Of a DNA stretch of 64,000 nt, positions 37,867 to 48,130 are shown one piece after another. Made by a program: the position numbers and the translations under genes. Source of the DNA: Candidatus Zixiibacteriota bacterium (lineage in GTDB: Bacteria > Zixibacteria > MSB-5A5 > GN15 > FEB-12); NCBI GenBank assembly GCA_024276275.1, contig JAJRXM010000015.1, forward strand, positions 18,868 through 82,867, read 5' to 3'. Each line of letters begins with the position of its first letter. Position 1 is the stretch's first letter. Under the pieces are notes generated by a model, which was not told where the DNA came from, ran no database searches, and saw nothing but the letters and a program-made list of their open reading frames with translations.

Positions 37867-40020
37867 ATGAGAAAATTATACATTATTGTGACAATTCTTT
37901 TTATTTCTGCTATACATCTGCAAGCAACAGAACAAGAAGATGTTTTAGAAAAGATACTCTCTGAAGTCGGGTTTTCAAAATCTGATTTAGGTTACCAACC
38001 AAAAGGGTATTGGAATAGATTTCCGTTGGATGTTCCGTACCGTTTGACTTCGTTTGACGCTCTATTTGCTGAACCTCTGAAACTACCTGATTATGCAACC
38101 GTCATGGCAAATACAGTTGAACTATATATGGACCCTGCGTATACCGACAGCAACTCGGACGGTTTATATAAGCTTGTCTATAATTTAGGTGTGGATAAAA
38201 AACTGGGCGGGTTTCGTTCCTATTCGGCTAACCTGCTTCCTACTCCCAATTCAAACAGACCTTTTCAAACTGCAGTTGAACAACTGTTTACTTTAGCAGG
38301 TGAACCTCCTGCTTATTCTACTTTTGGAACAGTCGCCGATTATCCTCCGTATAAAAATAAAATTAAGGAACAAATAGAAAAACTTCCCGATTCGGTGGAG
38401 ATTATCTTAGCAGAATTAGTCGTAAATTTAGGTGAAGCTATCCGCTGGCGAAATCTTGCTTTTCGCAAATGTGACCCGTCCGATATGCAAAAAGTTTTTG
38501 CCATTAGAGATTTAGCAGACACTCAAAACGATGGAACCAAATATTACCCAGAAATAGATGACATAGCTAAATCAATAGATTTTTCATCACTTCATTATGT
38601 CGCCTTAAAAGTTGCGGCAGCATCTGAACAGGCTGAATTAAATCTGCAAAAGTTTAAAAACAAAATGCCGAAAGGTTTTAATCTTGAGTTTGAAACACCG
38701 TTTGGAAAAGTTGTTATTTTTTCAAAAATGCAGAATCAACCGTTTGTGTATGATGCCGATAATTCTCTGCTTATAATAGATTTTGGAAATGACAATATAT
38801 ATACAGGTTCCGCGGGGGCAACATCATCACTACTCAATCCGGTTTCTCTCTTAATTGATTTAGACGGTAACGATCAATACGGTTCAGAAAATGAACCGAC
38901 CCAGACAACAGGAGTCGGGCTTTTAGGAGTCGGACTTGTTATCGACAGCAAAGGGAACGACAGCTATAACGGTTCTATCTATGCCCAAGGTGCAGGACTG
39001 TTCGGCGTCGGAGTTCTTTATGACCGAAGCGGTAACGATAGTTACAAATCATCACTTTCATCACAAGGATGCGGATACTTCGGTATAGGTTTATGCTTTG
39101 ATGGTACCGGTGACGATGAATATTATATTCACGGTTCAGGGCAGGGACTCGGAGGTGTCGGCGGTGGGATCGGTGTATGTGCATCGTTTAGTGGAAATGA
39201 TAAATACACAGCAGAACCGTTCTCGGATGTTTTCAATCGGGGTGACTATCACAGCAAAAACAAAATCAACGGCAATGAAGCACAGGGAGCAGGCTTTGGA
39301 CGGAGGGGCGACGGGTCCGACGGTCACGCATGGGCAGGCGGACTTGGTGCGATAATTGACATCAACGGTAACGACTATTACTACTCGGGTAACTGGTCGC
39401 TTGGGGTCGGCTATTGGTTCGGAACAGGAATCGCTGTCGACCGTCGCGGTGATGATATTTACAAATCATGTTATTTCACACAAGGGTCGGGTGCACATTT
39501 TTGTAACGGTATTCTTTGAGATGAAGATGGTAACGACAGACATGAACTGTATGAAACTGCAGGGGCAGCTCTCGGATTTGGATGGGATTATACCAACGCA
39601 TTTTTAATTAACAAAAACGGTAATGATATTTACATAGCTAAAATAATTTCGATGGGGTTGGCACAAATTCGCTCGACAGCATTCTTAATCGACATCGGCG
39701 GTGATGACAGCTATTATCTTGGCAAAGGAACTCCGGGACTCGGCGAGGCAACCTATCGTAAAGATTATAGTTTTCCGTCAAAGTTGACACCGTATTATTA
39801 CTACGCAAAATCGTTCGGCGGATTTATTGATATCGGCGGTAACGATAAATATTTTGATTACACAGACAGCACTAAAACAATTTCGACTTTATCTAGAAAC
39901 AACTCTCAATGGTTCCAGCCGTCAAAAACCGATTCTACTTTCGGTGCCGACAATTTCGGAATCGGTATTGATATTGAAGAAGGCACTATACCCGAGTTGT
40001 TCTGGTGGGAAGAGGAGTAA
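37867..40020 (+). pseudogene. Secreted GNDxY-repeat protein (RTX-like half-motif, about 12 copies), interrupted by an in-frame TGA
   Basis: Signal peptide, then a ~300-aa unique region, then repeats every ~20-25 aa: DGNDQY, KGNDSY, SGNDSY, TGDDEY, SGNDKY, NGNDYY, RGDDIY, DGNDRH, NGNDIY, GGDDSY, GGNDKY. ORFs 37867..39519 and 39652..40020 share one frame, and the sequence between them is open and continues the repeat: ..FCNGIL*DEDGNDRHELYETAGAALGFGWDYTNAFLINKNGNDIY.. (TGA at 39517-39519). Confidence 0.6.
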
Positions 40021-40122
40021 TGATAAAAGGTTTTCTAAAACAATAAGAATATTATATTAGAACTTAGTAACTAAAGCATACAAAAAATCACATTCTTGTT
40101 ACTTTACAATTCTTCCCCCTTT

Positions 40123-40198
40123 CCTTTCCTGCGTAGGCAGGAAAGGAGTTCTGATGAACCTACTACAACAGCCTACATAGAAGAAGTCCTGATGAACC
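40123..40198. repeat. GC-rich hairpin plus a short direct repeat in an intergenic region
   Basis: Perfect 10-bp hairpin cctttcctgc-gtag-gcaggaaagg (40123-40146). This is followed by tctgatgaacc (40150-40160) and cctgatgaacc (40188-40198), which share ctgatgaacc. Confidence 0.5.
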
Positions 40199-40247
40199 GA
40201 AGAATTATGATGTAAATAGAATCTTAACGGCACCTAAACATGTACCA

Positions 40248-41777
40248 CTAATCACTTCGTAGTGCTTCGACCGGATCGACCTTGGCGGCCTTTGATGCCG
40301 GGAAATATCCTGCCGCAAGCGACACAGCCAAGCCAATGGCAAAAGCAGTCAGCACAAGCCAAAACGGCATTGTAAATAATTCAATCGCATCAACACCCTC
40401 TTTTTCCATATACGACTGTGCGATAAAAGAACCTAACCGCGAGATTAACCATCCGAAAACAATCCCCGCCGAGGCACCGATTGTTCCAATCATCGCAGAT
40501 TCGGTTAAAAACAGAAGTTTAATATACAACTCATCGGCACCGAGAGATTTCAAAATTCCTATCTCACGTTTACGTTCTATGATAGACATCACCATTGTAT
40601 TGACAATACCAAGCGATGCAGTAATGAGAGCAATCAATCCAATCAAACCGAGTCCCATATCAAAATAGAAAAAGAATTTTTGAATCTGTTCAAATTCCTG
40701 AGCAAACGAGAAAGGTCGGTAACCAAGTGCCTTGACAGAATCGGAAACATTTTTGTGCATCACTCCCTGATCAATGTTTAAAGTAATTTTTGAAAATGAT
40801 TTAGGTTTTGCTTTTTGATTGAAGATATCCAACTGCCCGCTAGACATCATCGACATAAAGTCCATCGCACCCCGACCTGCTCCCTTGCTATTAAACTTTT
40901 CTGCTATCGACATAGGAATTAAAATCGGCTTCGTGCTGGTTCGACTGCCGATACCGTTATCTAAAATTCCTACAATAGTAAGAGTGTCCGAAATTATTTC
41001 ATTTCTGTTCATATATCCGTCGATAAATCGCTGGACGGCATCATTTGCTTCTGTTTTTAAAATATTTGTAACATAATTTTTGTTACGAAGTGAATCAAAA
41101 TCAAACTCTTTAATTTTATTTACAAAATTAAAACTATCGGATTTTACAATAGCATACAAACCGCTGTCAACAGAAGATGCTTTTGCTGAAATTATAAGCT
41201 GTTTACCTATCAGAGAATCCGGGAATGCTATTTCGAACTCTTTGATAAACTGATTGGTAAGTAGAATTTCTCGAGAACTATCTGAACCCAGATGTTCACC
41301 ATATAATAGAGTTTTATGTAGTTTTGTTTTATATGCTATCTGCGGTAATACCTGTGCCTCGGTATTGTATATAGAATCATCAATTGAAACAGAGATTGTA
41401 AACGATTCGTATGGATAGGCTAAACTTACTCCGGGGATTTCAGAGAGCTGACGAAGGGCTTCGTTATTTAGCGGTTTAATTTTTGTAGGTTCATTAGTAG
41501 ATAATGTATCTTTTTCCTGCAGGTCATGGGGAAATTCTTTTTCTGCATCTTTTTGATATACAATCATTGTGTTGAACAGCCCAAGGTTGTTAAACTCAGA
41601 TGCGACATTTTCCTGCATACCCGCCCCGAATGACAGCATTGAAACAAATGCCGCGATAGCAATAACAACTCCGGAAGCAGTCAAGAATGTACGAAGTTTC
41701 ATCCGTCGTAAATTACCGACCGAAATATGAAGCATATCACGAAGATTCATTACGGTCTCCATTTTTAATAACTTCAA
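40248..41777 (-). CDS. ABC transporter permease, FtsX/MacB-like
   Basis: 509 aa with an N-terminal TM, a large periplasmic domain and a C-terminal FtsX 3-TM bundle (..IERKREIGILKSLGA..). The likely start is MNLRDML (41750), overlapping the ATPase gene end. Confidence 0.8.
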   Translation of the reverse strand: MKLLKMETVMNLRDMLHISVGNLRRMKLRTFLTASGVVIAIAAFVSMLSFGAGMQENVASEFNNLGLFNTMIVYQKDAEKEFPHDLQEKDTLSTNEPTKIKPLNNEALRQLSEIPGVSLAYPYESFTISVSIDDSIYNTEAQVLPQIAYKTKLHKTLLYGEHLGSDSSREILLTNQFIKEFEIAFPDSLIGKQLIISAKASSVDSGLYAIVKSDSFNFVNKIKEFDFDSLRNKNYVTNILKTEANDAVQRFIDGYMNRNEIISDTLTIVGILDNGIGSRTSTKPILIPMSIAEKFNSKGAGRGAMDFMSMMSSGQLDIFNQKAKPKSFSKITLNIDQGVMHKNVSDSVKALGYRPFSFAQEFEQIQKFFFYFDMGLGLIGLIALITASLGIVNTMVMSIIERKREIGILKSLGADELYIKLLFLTESAMIGTIGASAGIVFGWLISRLGSFIAQSYMEKEGVDAIELFTMPFWLVLTAFAIGLAVSLAAGYFPASKAAKVDPVEALRSD

Positions 41778-42447
41778 CTATTTTACCATAATCCATACGG
41801 ATTATTCTATCGGCGGAATTTTTAGCAAATTGTAAATCATGAGTTACAATTACAATCGTTAAACCTTTTTGATTGAGGTCACTCAAAAGTTCTGCAATCT
41901 GGTTCGTGTTCTTTTGGTCTAAATTCCCCGTCGGTTCATCGGCAAATAGAACAGTCGGGGTTTTTACCAATGCTCTGGCAACTGCTACTCTCTGTTGCTC
42001 GCCACCGGAAAGGTCAGCAGGTTTATGGTCAAGCCGTTCCCCCAACCCGAGTGATTCAAGCATTGCTTTTGCTTTTTGAGTTCGTTCTGTTCTTGGTGTG
42101 TTGTCAAAAAACAGAGCCATCTCGACATTATAAAGAGCTGTATGATGCGGTATAAGATTAAATGATTGAAAGACCATGCCTATTTGATCGGCACGATATG
42201 ATGCTATTTCTTTTTTAGACATTTTAAAGAGATCGATATCCTCAACATGTACTGTACCGCTTGTCGGAGTATCAAGACCGGCGAGCATGTTTAAGATTGT
42301 AGATTTTCCCGAACCGGATGAGCCGACAATGGCGAGATATTCACCTTGATAAATCTGCAAATCGACACCGTCTACCGCCTTGACAGTTGACGAGCCGCGT
42401 TTATAATGACGGCATAGGTTGGCGGTTTCAATCCAGAGTTTATTCAT
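41737..42447 (-). CDS. ABC transporter ATP-binding protein (LolD/MacB-type)
   Basis: Walker A GSSGSGKST, signature LSGGEQQR, Walker B VLFADEPT. Confidence 0.9.
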   Translation of the reverse strand: MNKLWIETANLCRHYKRGSSTVKAVDGVDLQIYQGEYLAIVGSSGSGKSTILNMLAGLDTPTSGTVHVEDIDLFKMSKKEIASYRADQIGMVFQSFNLIPHHTALYNVEMALFFDNTPRTERTQKAKAMLESLGLGERLDHKPADLSGGEQQRVAVARALVKTPTVLFADEPTGNLDQKNTNQIAELLSDLNQKGLTIVIVTHDLQFAKNSADRIIRMDYGKIVEVIKNGDRNESS

Positions 42448-42510
42448 AAGCTAATTATACGAAAAGATTGAGGATTAGTTGTGATAATAATAATTTGAAA
42501 TTTTTAATAA

Positions 42511-43044
42511 TTACTTATATCCATAAATCGTATCAATGGGTACGTTTTGTTCATCTATATATATTGCATTATCGAGATGGATATGTAGTTTCGGAACAAG
42601 AGAGTCAAAAGGAAATCCTAATAAACTTGTAGTACGACAAGTGTCTCCTCCAAACCTTAAATCATAAACAAACTCTTTATCATTACTTACTAATTTCATT
42701 GTATCAATTCCGTTAAAAGGTAATAACGAGTTCTGATATAAGATTTCAATGGCATCAGGTTGAATTTGAAATTGTTCTGAAATAATTGATTGATGATAAG
42801 TCAGTCTTAAAACAAAACTATTCGACCGACCGCACATTGAATTTGTAGTTGATAATAATCCTTTCACATTCAATTTTGAATCTGTGGGATGAAGTAATAT
42901 GTCAATATTATCTACGAAAGAAGTGTCTTCTTTAAAAGAGATTCTATCACCATAAGAGCGAATAAAATATTCAGGATCGGGTAAACAACTTTGAAACGTG
43001 ATAACAAATAGCATCAACATCAAACAAACGAATATTTTTTTCAT
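42511..43044 (-). CDS. Hypothetical lipoprotein
   Basis: 177 aa with a signal peptide and a lipobox-like ITFQSC. I recognise no family. Confidence 0.5.
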   Translation of the reverse strand: MKKIFVCLMLMLFVITFQSCLPDPEYFIRSYGDRISFKEDTSFVDNIDILLHPTDSKLNVKGLLSTTNSMCGRSNSFVLRLTYHQSIISEQFQIQPDAIEILYQNSLLPFNGIDTMKLVSNDKEFVYDLRFGGDTCRTTSLLGFPFDSLVPKLHIHLDNAIYIDEQNVPIDTIYGYK

Positions 43045-43068
43045 TATGTGTTCCTCATAATCAAAACA

Positions 43069-43096
43069 CTGGATTCCTGCCTCCGCAGGAATGACA
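43069..43096. repeat. Hairpin repeat of the TGGATYCC...GGRATRACA family
   Basis: ctggattcctgc-ctcc-gcaggaatgaca has a perfect 8-bp stem and the same termini as the 8139-8527 copies. Confidence 0.6.
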
Positions 43097-43199
43097 TTAT
43101 GAAAAGATGTCAGGTTTCTTGATTTTGAAATCTAACGATTTCAAACCAACGGAACCACAACCTACAAAAACTTTAATAAATGTTACTTCCCACGAAATC

Positions 43200-44003
43200 C
43201 TACTCCGTTGTGCTGACCACCAAATCTATCTCGGTGCGGATATCAAGCTCGGTTCCCTCTGATTCCGATTGCTCAAGCACAGTCTCGGGCAAATAGTTTT
43301 CATCGGTACGGTATGTAACAATACCGACTTTCAGAACTTTATCCTCAATAAGTGCGGATGCCTCATCCAAAGTCATACCGACAACCCTTGGCATAAAGGT
43401 AAAGTTCGATGCTCTCCCGCGGTTGACCATCAGATTGACCGAGGTTCCCATCGGAATTTCAACGCCTTTATTCGGATACGAAAAGACCACAACCTTTTCA
43501 GGAAGTGTATCGGAAAACGCCCAGGCAATTTCGCCCAGCACCAGACCTGCTGTTTCAAGATTCAGCATCGCCTGTCTGACCGACAGTCCGCTTAAATCGG
43601 GAATCGTAATATTTTTTTGTCCGAGTGAAACAACAAATTTTATAGTCCGTCCCTCTTTCACATCGGTACCGGCAATCGGAAACTGGTTTAAGACAATTCC
43701 CTTTTCTTTACCCGGAGAGTATTCTTCAGAACTTATTTCATAGGCAAGGTTCAAATCATTAATACCTAGTTGTGCTTCAGTAAGTCGTTGGTCGGTGAAA
43801 TCGGGTAGCGGAAATTCCTCGCCGTGTCGGGTGATAACAGGCATCACTATTGAGTTTACAACAAAATATAAAATTAATACAATTATAAATGGAATCCCGC
43901 CGTATGACATTATTTTTCTTGAGCTGCTGCCTTCGGGAAATAGATTTGAATAGAACCCGCTATTACTTTTTTTTCTACTGAGTCTTGATGCTTGTATATT
44001 CAT
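43200..44003 (-). CDS. PASTA-domain membrane protein
   Basis: 267 aa with one TM (IPFIIVLILYFVVNSIVMPVI) and three PASTA-like repeats (PDFTDQRLTEAQ.., IPDLSGLSVRQAMLNLETAGLVLG, MPRVVGMTLDEASALIEDKVLKVG). There is no kinase or PBP domain. Confidence 0.7.
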   Translation of the reverse strand: MNIQASRLSRKKSNSGFYSNLFPEGSSSRKIMSYGGIPFIIVLILYFVVNSIVMPVITRHGEEFPLPDFTDQRLTEAQLGINDLNLAYEISSEEYSPGKEKGIVLNQFPIAGTDVKEGRTIKFVVSLGQKNITIPDLSGLSVRQAMLNLETAGLVLGEIAWAFSDTLPEKVVVFSYPNKGVEIPMGTSVNLMVNRGRASNFTFMPRVVGMTLDEASALIEDKVLKVGIVTYRTDENYLPETVLEQSESEGTELDIRTEIDLVVSTTE

Positions 44004-44097
44004 TTTTCACCATTATGCTTTGTTCATGATTTCTCATATATCTTACACACAAAAGTTGGGAAAAAATGATAAAAAGGCAAGTTTTAACAATAAAATA

Positions 44098-45462
44098 TCA
44101 AGCGTGGTCTTTTCGTTTTAATCTGACACAAAATGAACCGTCCAGTTTACCTGCTGAGGGATATGTTTTTACGTACCCTTTGTCATTAACTAAGTCGTCG
44201 GAATAAAACTCTTTGGCAGATTCGACTTCAAACTCTTTATGTTTTGCCAAAAATTCTTCCACAACCATATCATTTTCTTCTTTGATAATCGTACAGGTAG
44301 AATATATCAGCACACCACCCGGTTTGACCAGTTTAGAGGCACGACCAATCATCGATTGCTGAATACTAGCAAGTTTGGTTGTATCTTCTGAAGTTTTTGC
44401 CCAACGCAAATCAGAATGTTTTCCGGCTGAGCCCCAACCCGAACAGGGAGGATCCAATAGCACTCGGTCAAAAGGTCCACCCTTGAAATCATACATATCA
44501 GAAATTACCGGTGAGACAATTTTTATACCGAGTCTTTCGCAGTTACCGACTAAAACCTCAAGCCTTTCCTCAGTTTTATCAATCGCGGTTACTCGCCCTT
44601 TGTTTCTCATTCGTATGGCGGCATAAGTCGTTTTTCCACCGGGAGCGGCAGTCATATCAAGTATCGAATTACCGGGGCGGGGGTTCATCAGGCGTACTGC
44701 CAACCCTGATGATTCATCTTGCACATATACTTTACCGGATGTTATAAGTTCTGACTCAAGAGGTAGTCCTCCGCTTTCTATGCGTAAAAATTCGGGAAGA
44801 TATTTCCCATTTGAAAACTGAATTTTATTTTCTGTTAAGATATTAGCGACTTCATCCGGTTTTGCCTTTAAGAAATTAACCCGATACGTAACATGAGGAG
44901 CTTCATTATAATATGCCAATAAATTTTTTGTCGCTAAAAAGCCAAACTCGTTTAAACAGTATTCAACAAAATGATCAGGATAGCTGTAAAAATCACCCAA
45001 ATATTTTACCGGCTCTTTCTCTTTTGGAGCAAAGATAATTTTGTTCGGTTCTCTGATAGCAGACCGCATGACCGCATTGACAAGATTTGCTTTAGAACGG
45101 TCAATCATGAGTAAAGCCAAATTTACTGATTCAGAAACCGCAGCAGCATCGGGAATTCTATCGGTAAAATGAAGTTGATAAAACCCAAGTCGTAAAATAT
45201 TTTTGAGTTTCAGAGGAAGCTCTGTCGACGGTTTGGCAAGATAGAACTTTATTTCATGGTCAAGTCTGCGACGCATTTTTATAGTTCCGTTTACTAACTG
45301 CAGAAAGAATCTTCGGTCAATCGACCTGAATTCTTGCCCCGAGACTGCCAAGGAAATAGACTTCTCTAGTGTTTCACCTTGTTCCAACAAAATAAGTGCT
45401 TTAACACAGGCAGCCCGTACTTTGTCATGTTTTTGATTATTTGATGTTTTCTTTTCACTCAT
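44098..45462 (-). CDS. rsmB: 16S rRNA (cytosine967-C5)-methyltransferase RsmB/Sun
   Basis: 454 aa with an NusB-like N-terminal domain, SAM motif DMTAAPGGKT, and catalytic motifs LLDPPCSGWG and YSTCT. Confidence 0.85.
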   Translation of the reverse strand: MSEKKTSNNQKHDKVRAACVKALILLEQGETLEKSISLAVSGQEFRSIDRRFFLQLVNGTIKMRRRLDHEIKFYLAKPSTELPLKLKNILRLGFYQLHFTDRIPDAAAVSESVNLALLMIDRSKANLVNAVMRSAIREPNKIIFAPKEKEPVKYLGDFYSYPDHFVEYCLNEFGFLATKNLLAYYNEAPHVTYRVNFLKAKPDEVANILTENKIQFSNGKYLPEFLRIESGGLPLESELITSGKVYVQDESSGLAVRLMNPRPGNSILDMTAAPGGKTTYAAIRMRNKGRVTAIDKTEERLEVLVGNCERLGIKIVSPVISDMYDFKGGPFDRVLLDPPCSGWGSAGKHSDLRWAKTSEDTTKLASIQQSMIGRASKLVKPGGVLIYSTCTIIKEENDMVVEEFLAKHKEFEVESAKEFYSDDLVNDKGYVKTYPSAGKLDGSFCVRLKRKDHA

Positions 45463-45465
45463 ATT

Positions 45466-48015
45466 TTATAATTCCATAGCAGAAATTTTTTGTCCGTTTT
45501 CATCTTCACGATATACATCCAGTCGATGTATGAAATTCGTCAGATAAAGATTAAAATCTTCACCTAACAATTCTCGTAACATCTCTATAGGTTTTGCATA
45601 ACCACCCTCACCGATACCCAAAGTCATATACAATTTTTCACCCTTAATTTCAATAGCATATACGGCCGGTCGTAAATCAATTGTGATTGTATTTTTTTTC
45701 TTTTGACGTTCAACTTCTATTGTCTCTCGAGCTAATAGTTGAGAAATTTTTGTCTCAAGTGATACTTTCTCTATTAGTTTATCCAAGTCAACTGTATAAA
45801 CAGCCCGATTTAAAAGAGCTGAGATTGATTTAGTTTTTTTAATAATAATTTTCGCATCATATAAAGTCAAACCGTCAGGCATGGCATCTTTGAGCTGTTC
45901 CATCATAAACGGCATAAAATTTGAATCAAAAGTTATGTCCATAAATTCTGATTCCGACGTAAAGCCTAATGTAAGCGGAGGTCCGTATGAAAGTTTCATC
46001 GACGGATTAAACCCTTGAGTATAAAATATCGGTAGTTTTGATTTCCGTAAAACTCTCTCAATTAATCGTAAGTTATCAAGATGCCCCATATACTTATAAC
46101 GGCTGTCCTTGCCCCAGCGGAAACGTACTTTGTTTTTTGTCGGTGCAAAAGCTTGTTTTGAGGCAACTTTTTTATTTGAACGCCCAAAGGCCATATTATT
46201 GGTTGTATGTTCGGATACATCCAAATCCCGCTTCTGTCGCGTGTACTCTTTTAATTGTATAGAGGTCCTTTGCCGTTCTTGTTTCATATGTTCAACAGAA
46301 ACACCTTTTCGAATATGCGACCATGGAAGATCTTTTGAAAACGGTATCGGTTTTAACATCTCAGTATAATCTATCCCGTGTTCCTGCAAAGCATTTTCCC
46401 ACAAAGCAAAATCAAAAGATTCATTCCAACCGTCAAACCGTCCACCATTTTTAAAAACAGTCTCTATTACATTTCCCATAGAGCGTCCGCCCCGACCAAC
46501 AAGACCCTGTAGAAGGGATGTTTCCACTACCGGATACTTAAAATTAACAGCAGAAATTCTGTTCTGTCTTTTAATATACAATATCCGCTCTAGCACTTCT
46601 TTGGGTGAGACAATTTCATCCCATTGAAAAGGAGTATGTGCTTTTGGAACAAACGGCGAGAGAGTAACATTGATAGTTTTTCGTCCCGGTGTTTTAGTTC
46701 CGAGTTGATAGATATTTTTTATCATCAGCAAGATAGCATCAAGGTCTTCAGTTGTTTCTGTCGGAAGTCCTACCATAAAATATAGTTTAAGCGTTTTCCA
46801 TCCTTTTTCAAAAGCGAGCGATGCAGTATCATATACTGCCTCATCTTGAAAGTCTTTACGAATAAATTTCCGTAATCGTTCAGAGCCTGCTTCGGGAGAA
46901 ATTGTCAACCCTGACCTGCGAACACGTTTGATTGCATCAAAAAGTTTTGCACTGATAGTTCCGGGACGCAAAGACGGAAGAGTAACAGATATTTTTTCTT
47001 TTTCTAAATTTCTTGCTACTATTGATGCTAAGTTATCTATCTCTTTATAGTCAGATGATGACAGCGATAATAAAGTAACTTCTTCCACCCCCGAGTTTCG
47101 TACCTGTGTTTCAATTAAATCGGCAATTTATTCAACAGGTTTCATTCGCACCGGACGGTAAATAGGTCCTGCCTGACAAAAACGACATCCTTGCGGACAA
47201 CCTCGCATAATCTCAACTGCTAAATGTTCATGAACTGTTTCCACAAGTGGGACTATAGGGTGGTCAGGATAGTACTCACGTTTTAGTTCAGGTTGTACTC
47301 GTGCGAAAATTTCTTTTGGGGAAGATTTTTCAATCGGTTTACGATTTACATCATAAAATGCAGGTATATATACAGATTGTACTTTTTGAGCTATAGTTAA
47401 CAATTTTTCTTTTTTTGTTTTTCCTTTCAGAGTATGCAGAATCTCAAGCATTTCAATAAGCCCTTCTTCAGCATCTCCGATAAAAAACAGATCAATAAAA
47501 TCAGCCATCGGTTCCGGGTTATATGCCGCGGGACCTCCTGCCATAATAATAGGATGCGAATCATTTCGGTCTTTAGAACGAATCGGCATCCCTGCTAGGT
47601 TGAGCATGTTCAATAGATTTGTAAATACCATTTCATACGAGAGTGTAAACCCGACCGCATCGAATTCATTAATATCTCGAAATGATTCTAGAGAGAAGAG
47701 AGGAAGATTTTCTTTGCGAAGAATTTCCTCAGCATCGATATCTACAGCAAAGGTACGTTCGCAAACAAAGCGGTCATCGGAATTTATTATATGATAGATT
47801 GCTTGAAGCCCAAGATAGGATTGCCCTATTTCATATTTATCTGGAAAAGCGTGGCAATACAATGTTTTCCCAGTCGGGTCTTTGGTCACAGTTCCGGGTT
47901 CGCCACCGGCGTATCTGCCTGGTTTTATGACATATGGGAAAAATCTTTTTTCTAATTCATTTTTTAACATATAGGTGCTTCGCTCGCTTAAAGTTACAGA
48001 GCCAAGTATACTCAA
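45466..48015 (-). pseudogene. B12-binding-domain radical SAM protein fused to DUF2344 (TIGR03960/TIGR03936-like), interrupted by an in-frame TAA
   Basis: The N-terminal fragment 47131..48015 ends ..RGCPQGCRFCQAGPIYRPVRMKPVE (CxxxCxxC radical SAM box). The frame continues past the TAA at 47128-47130 into 45466..47127 (..*IADLIETQVRNSGVEEVTLLSLSSSDY..). The C-terminal third (..YKYMGHLDNLRLIERVLRKSKLPIFYTQGFNP..) is DUF2344-like. Confidence 0.8.
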
Positions 48016-48075
48016 TTTTTAATATATCGCAATACAAATAATTTCTGTTCAAAAACCCTTTATTTAAAGCTTTTA

Positions 48076-48103
48076 TTGACAGATTTGAAGAATCGTGTAT
48101 ATT
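48076..48103 (+). promoter_or_regulatory. Sigma70-type promoter candidate (TTGACA-16-TATATT)
   Basis: TTGACA at 48076-48081, a 16-nt spacer, and TATATT at 48098-48103, 28 nt upstream of the first ATG of 48131..50446. Confidence 0.45.
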
Positions 48104-48130
48104 AGAGTCAACTATAAGTAACTAAATATA

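Noticed and set aside
39517-39519. Selenocysteine at the in-frame TGA of the GNDxY-repeat protein
   Set aside because: The position aligns with a hydrophobic repeat residue (I/V/F/Y), not a redox Cys. I saw no obvious SECIS-like hairpin immediately downstream, and no selenoprotein context.
38975-39607. Alternative-frame ORFs inside the GNDxY-repeat gene (38975..39184, 39098..39355, 39136..39327, 39356..39607)
   Set aside because: The frame-1 translation carries the regular repeat across the whole region. The others show no pattern.
43124-43145. Hairpin tttgaaatc-taac-gatttcaaa as the terminator of the PASTA-domain gene
   Set aside because: It is a good 9-bp stem, but no U-tract follows on either strand. 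The evidence is not enough to call a terminator.
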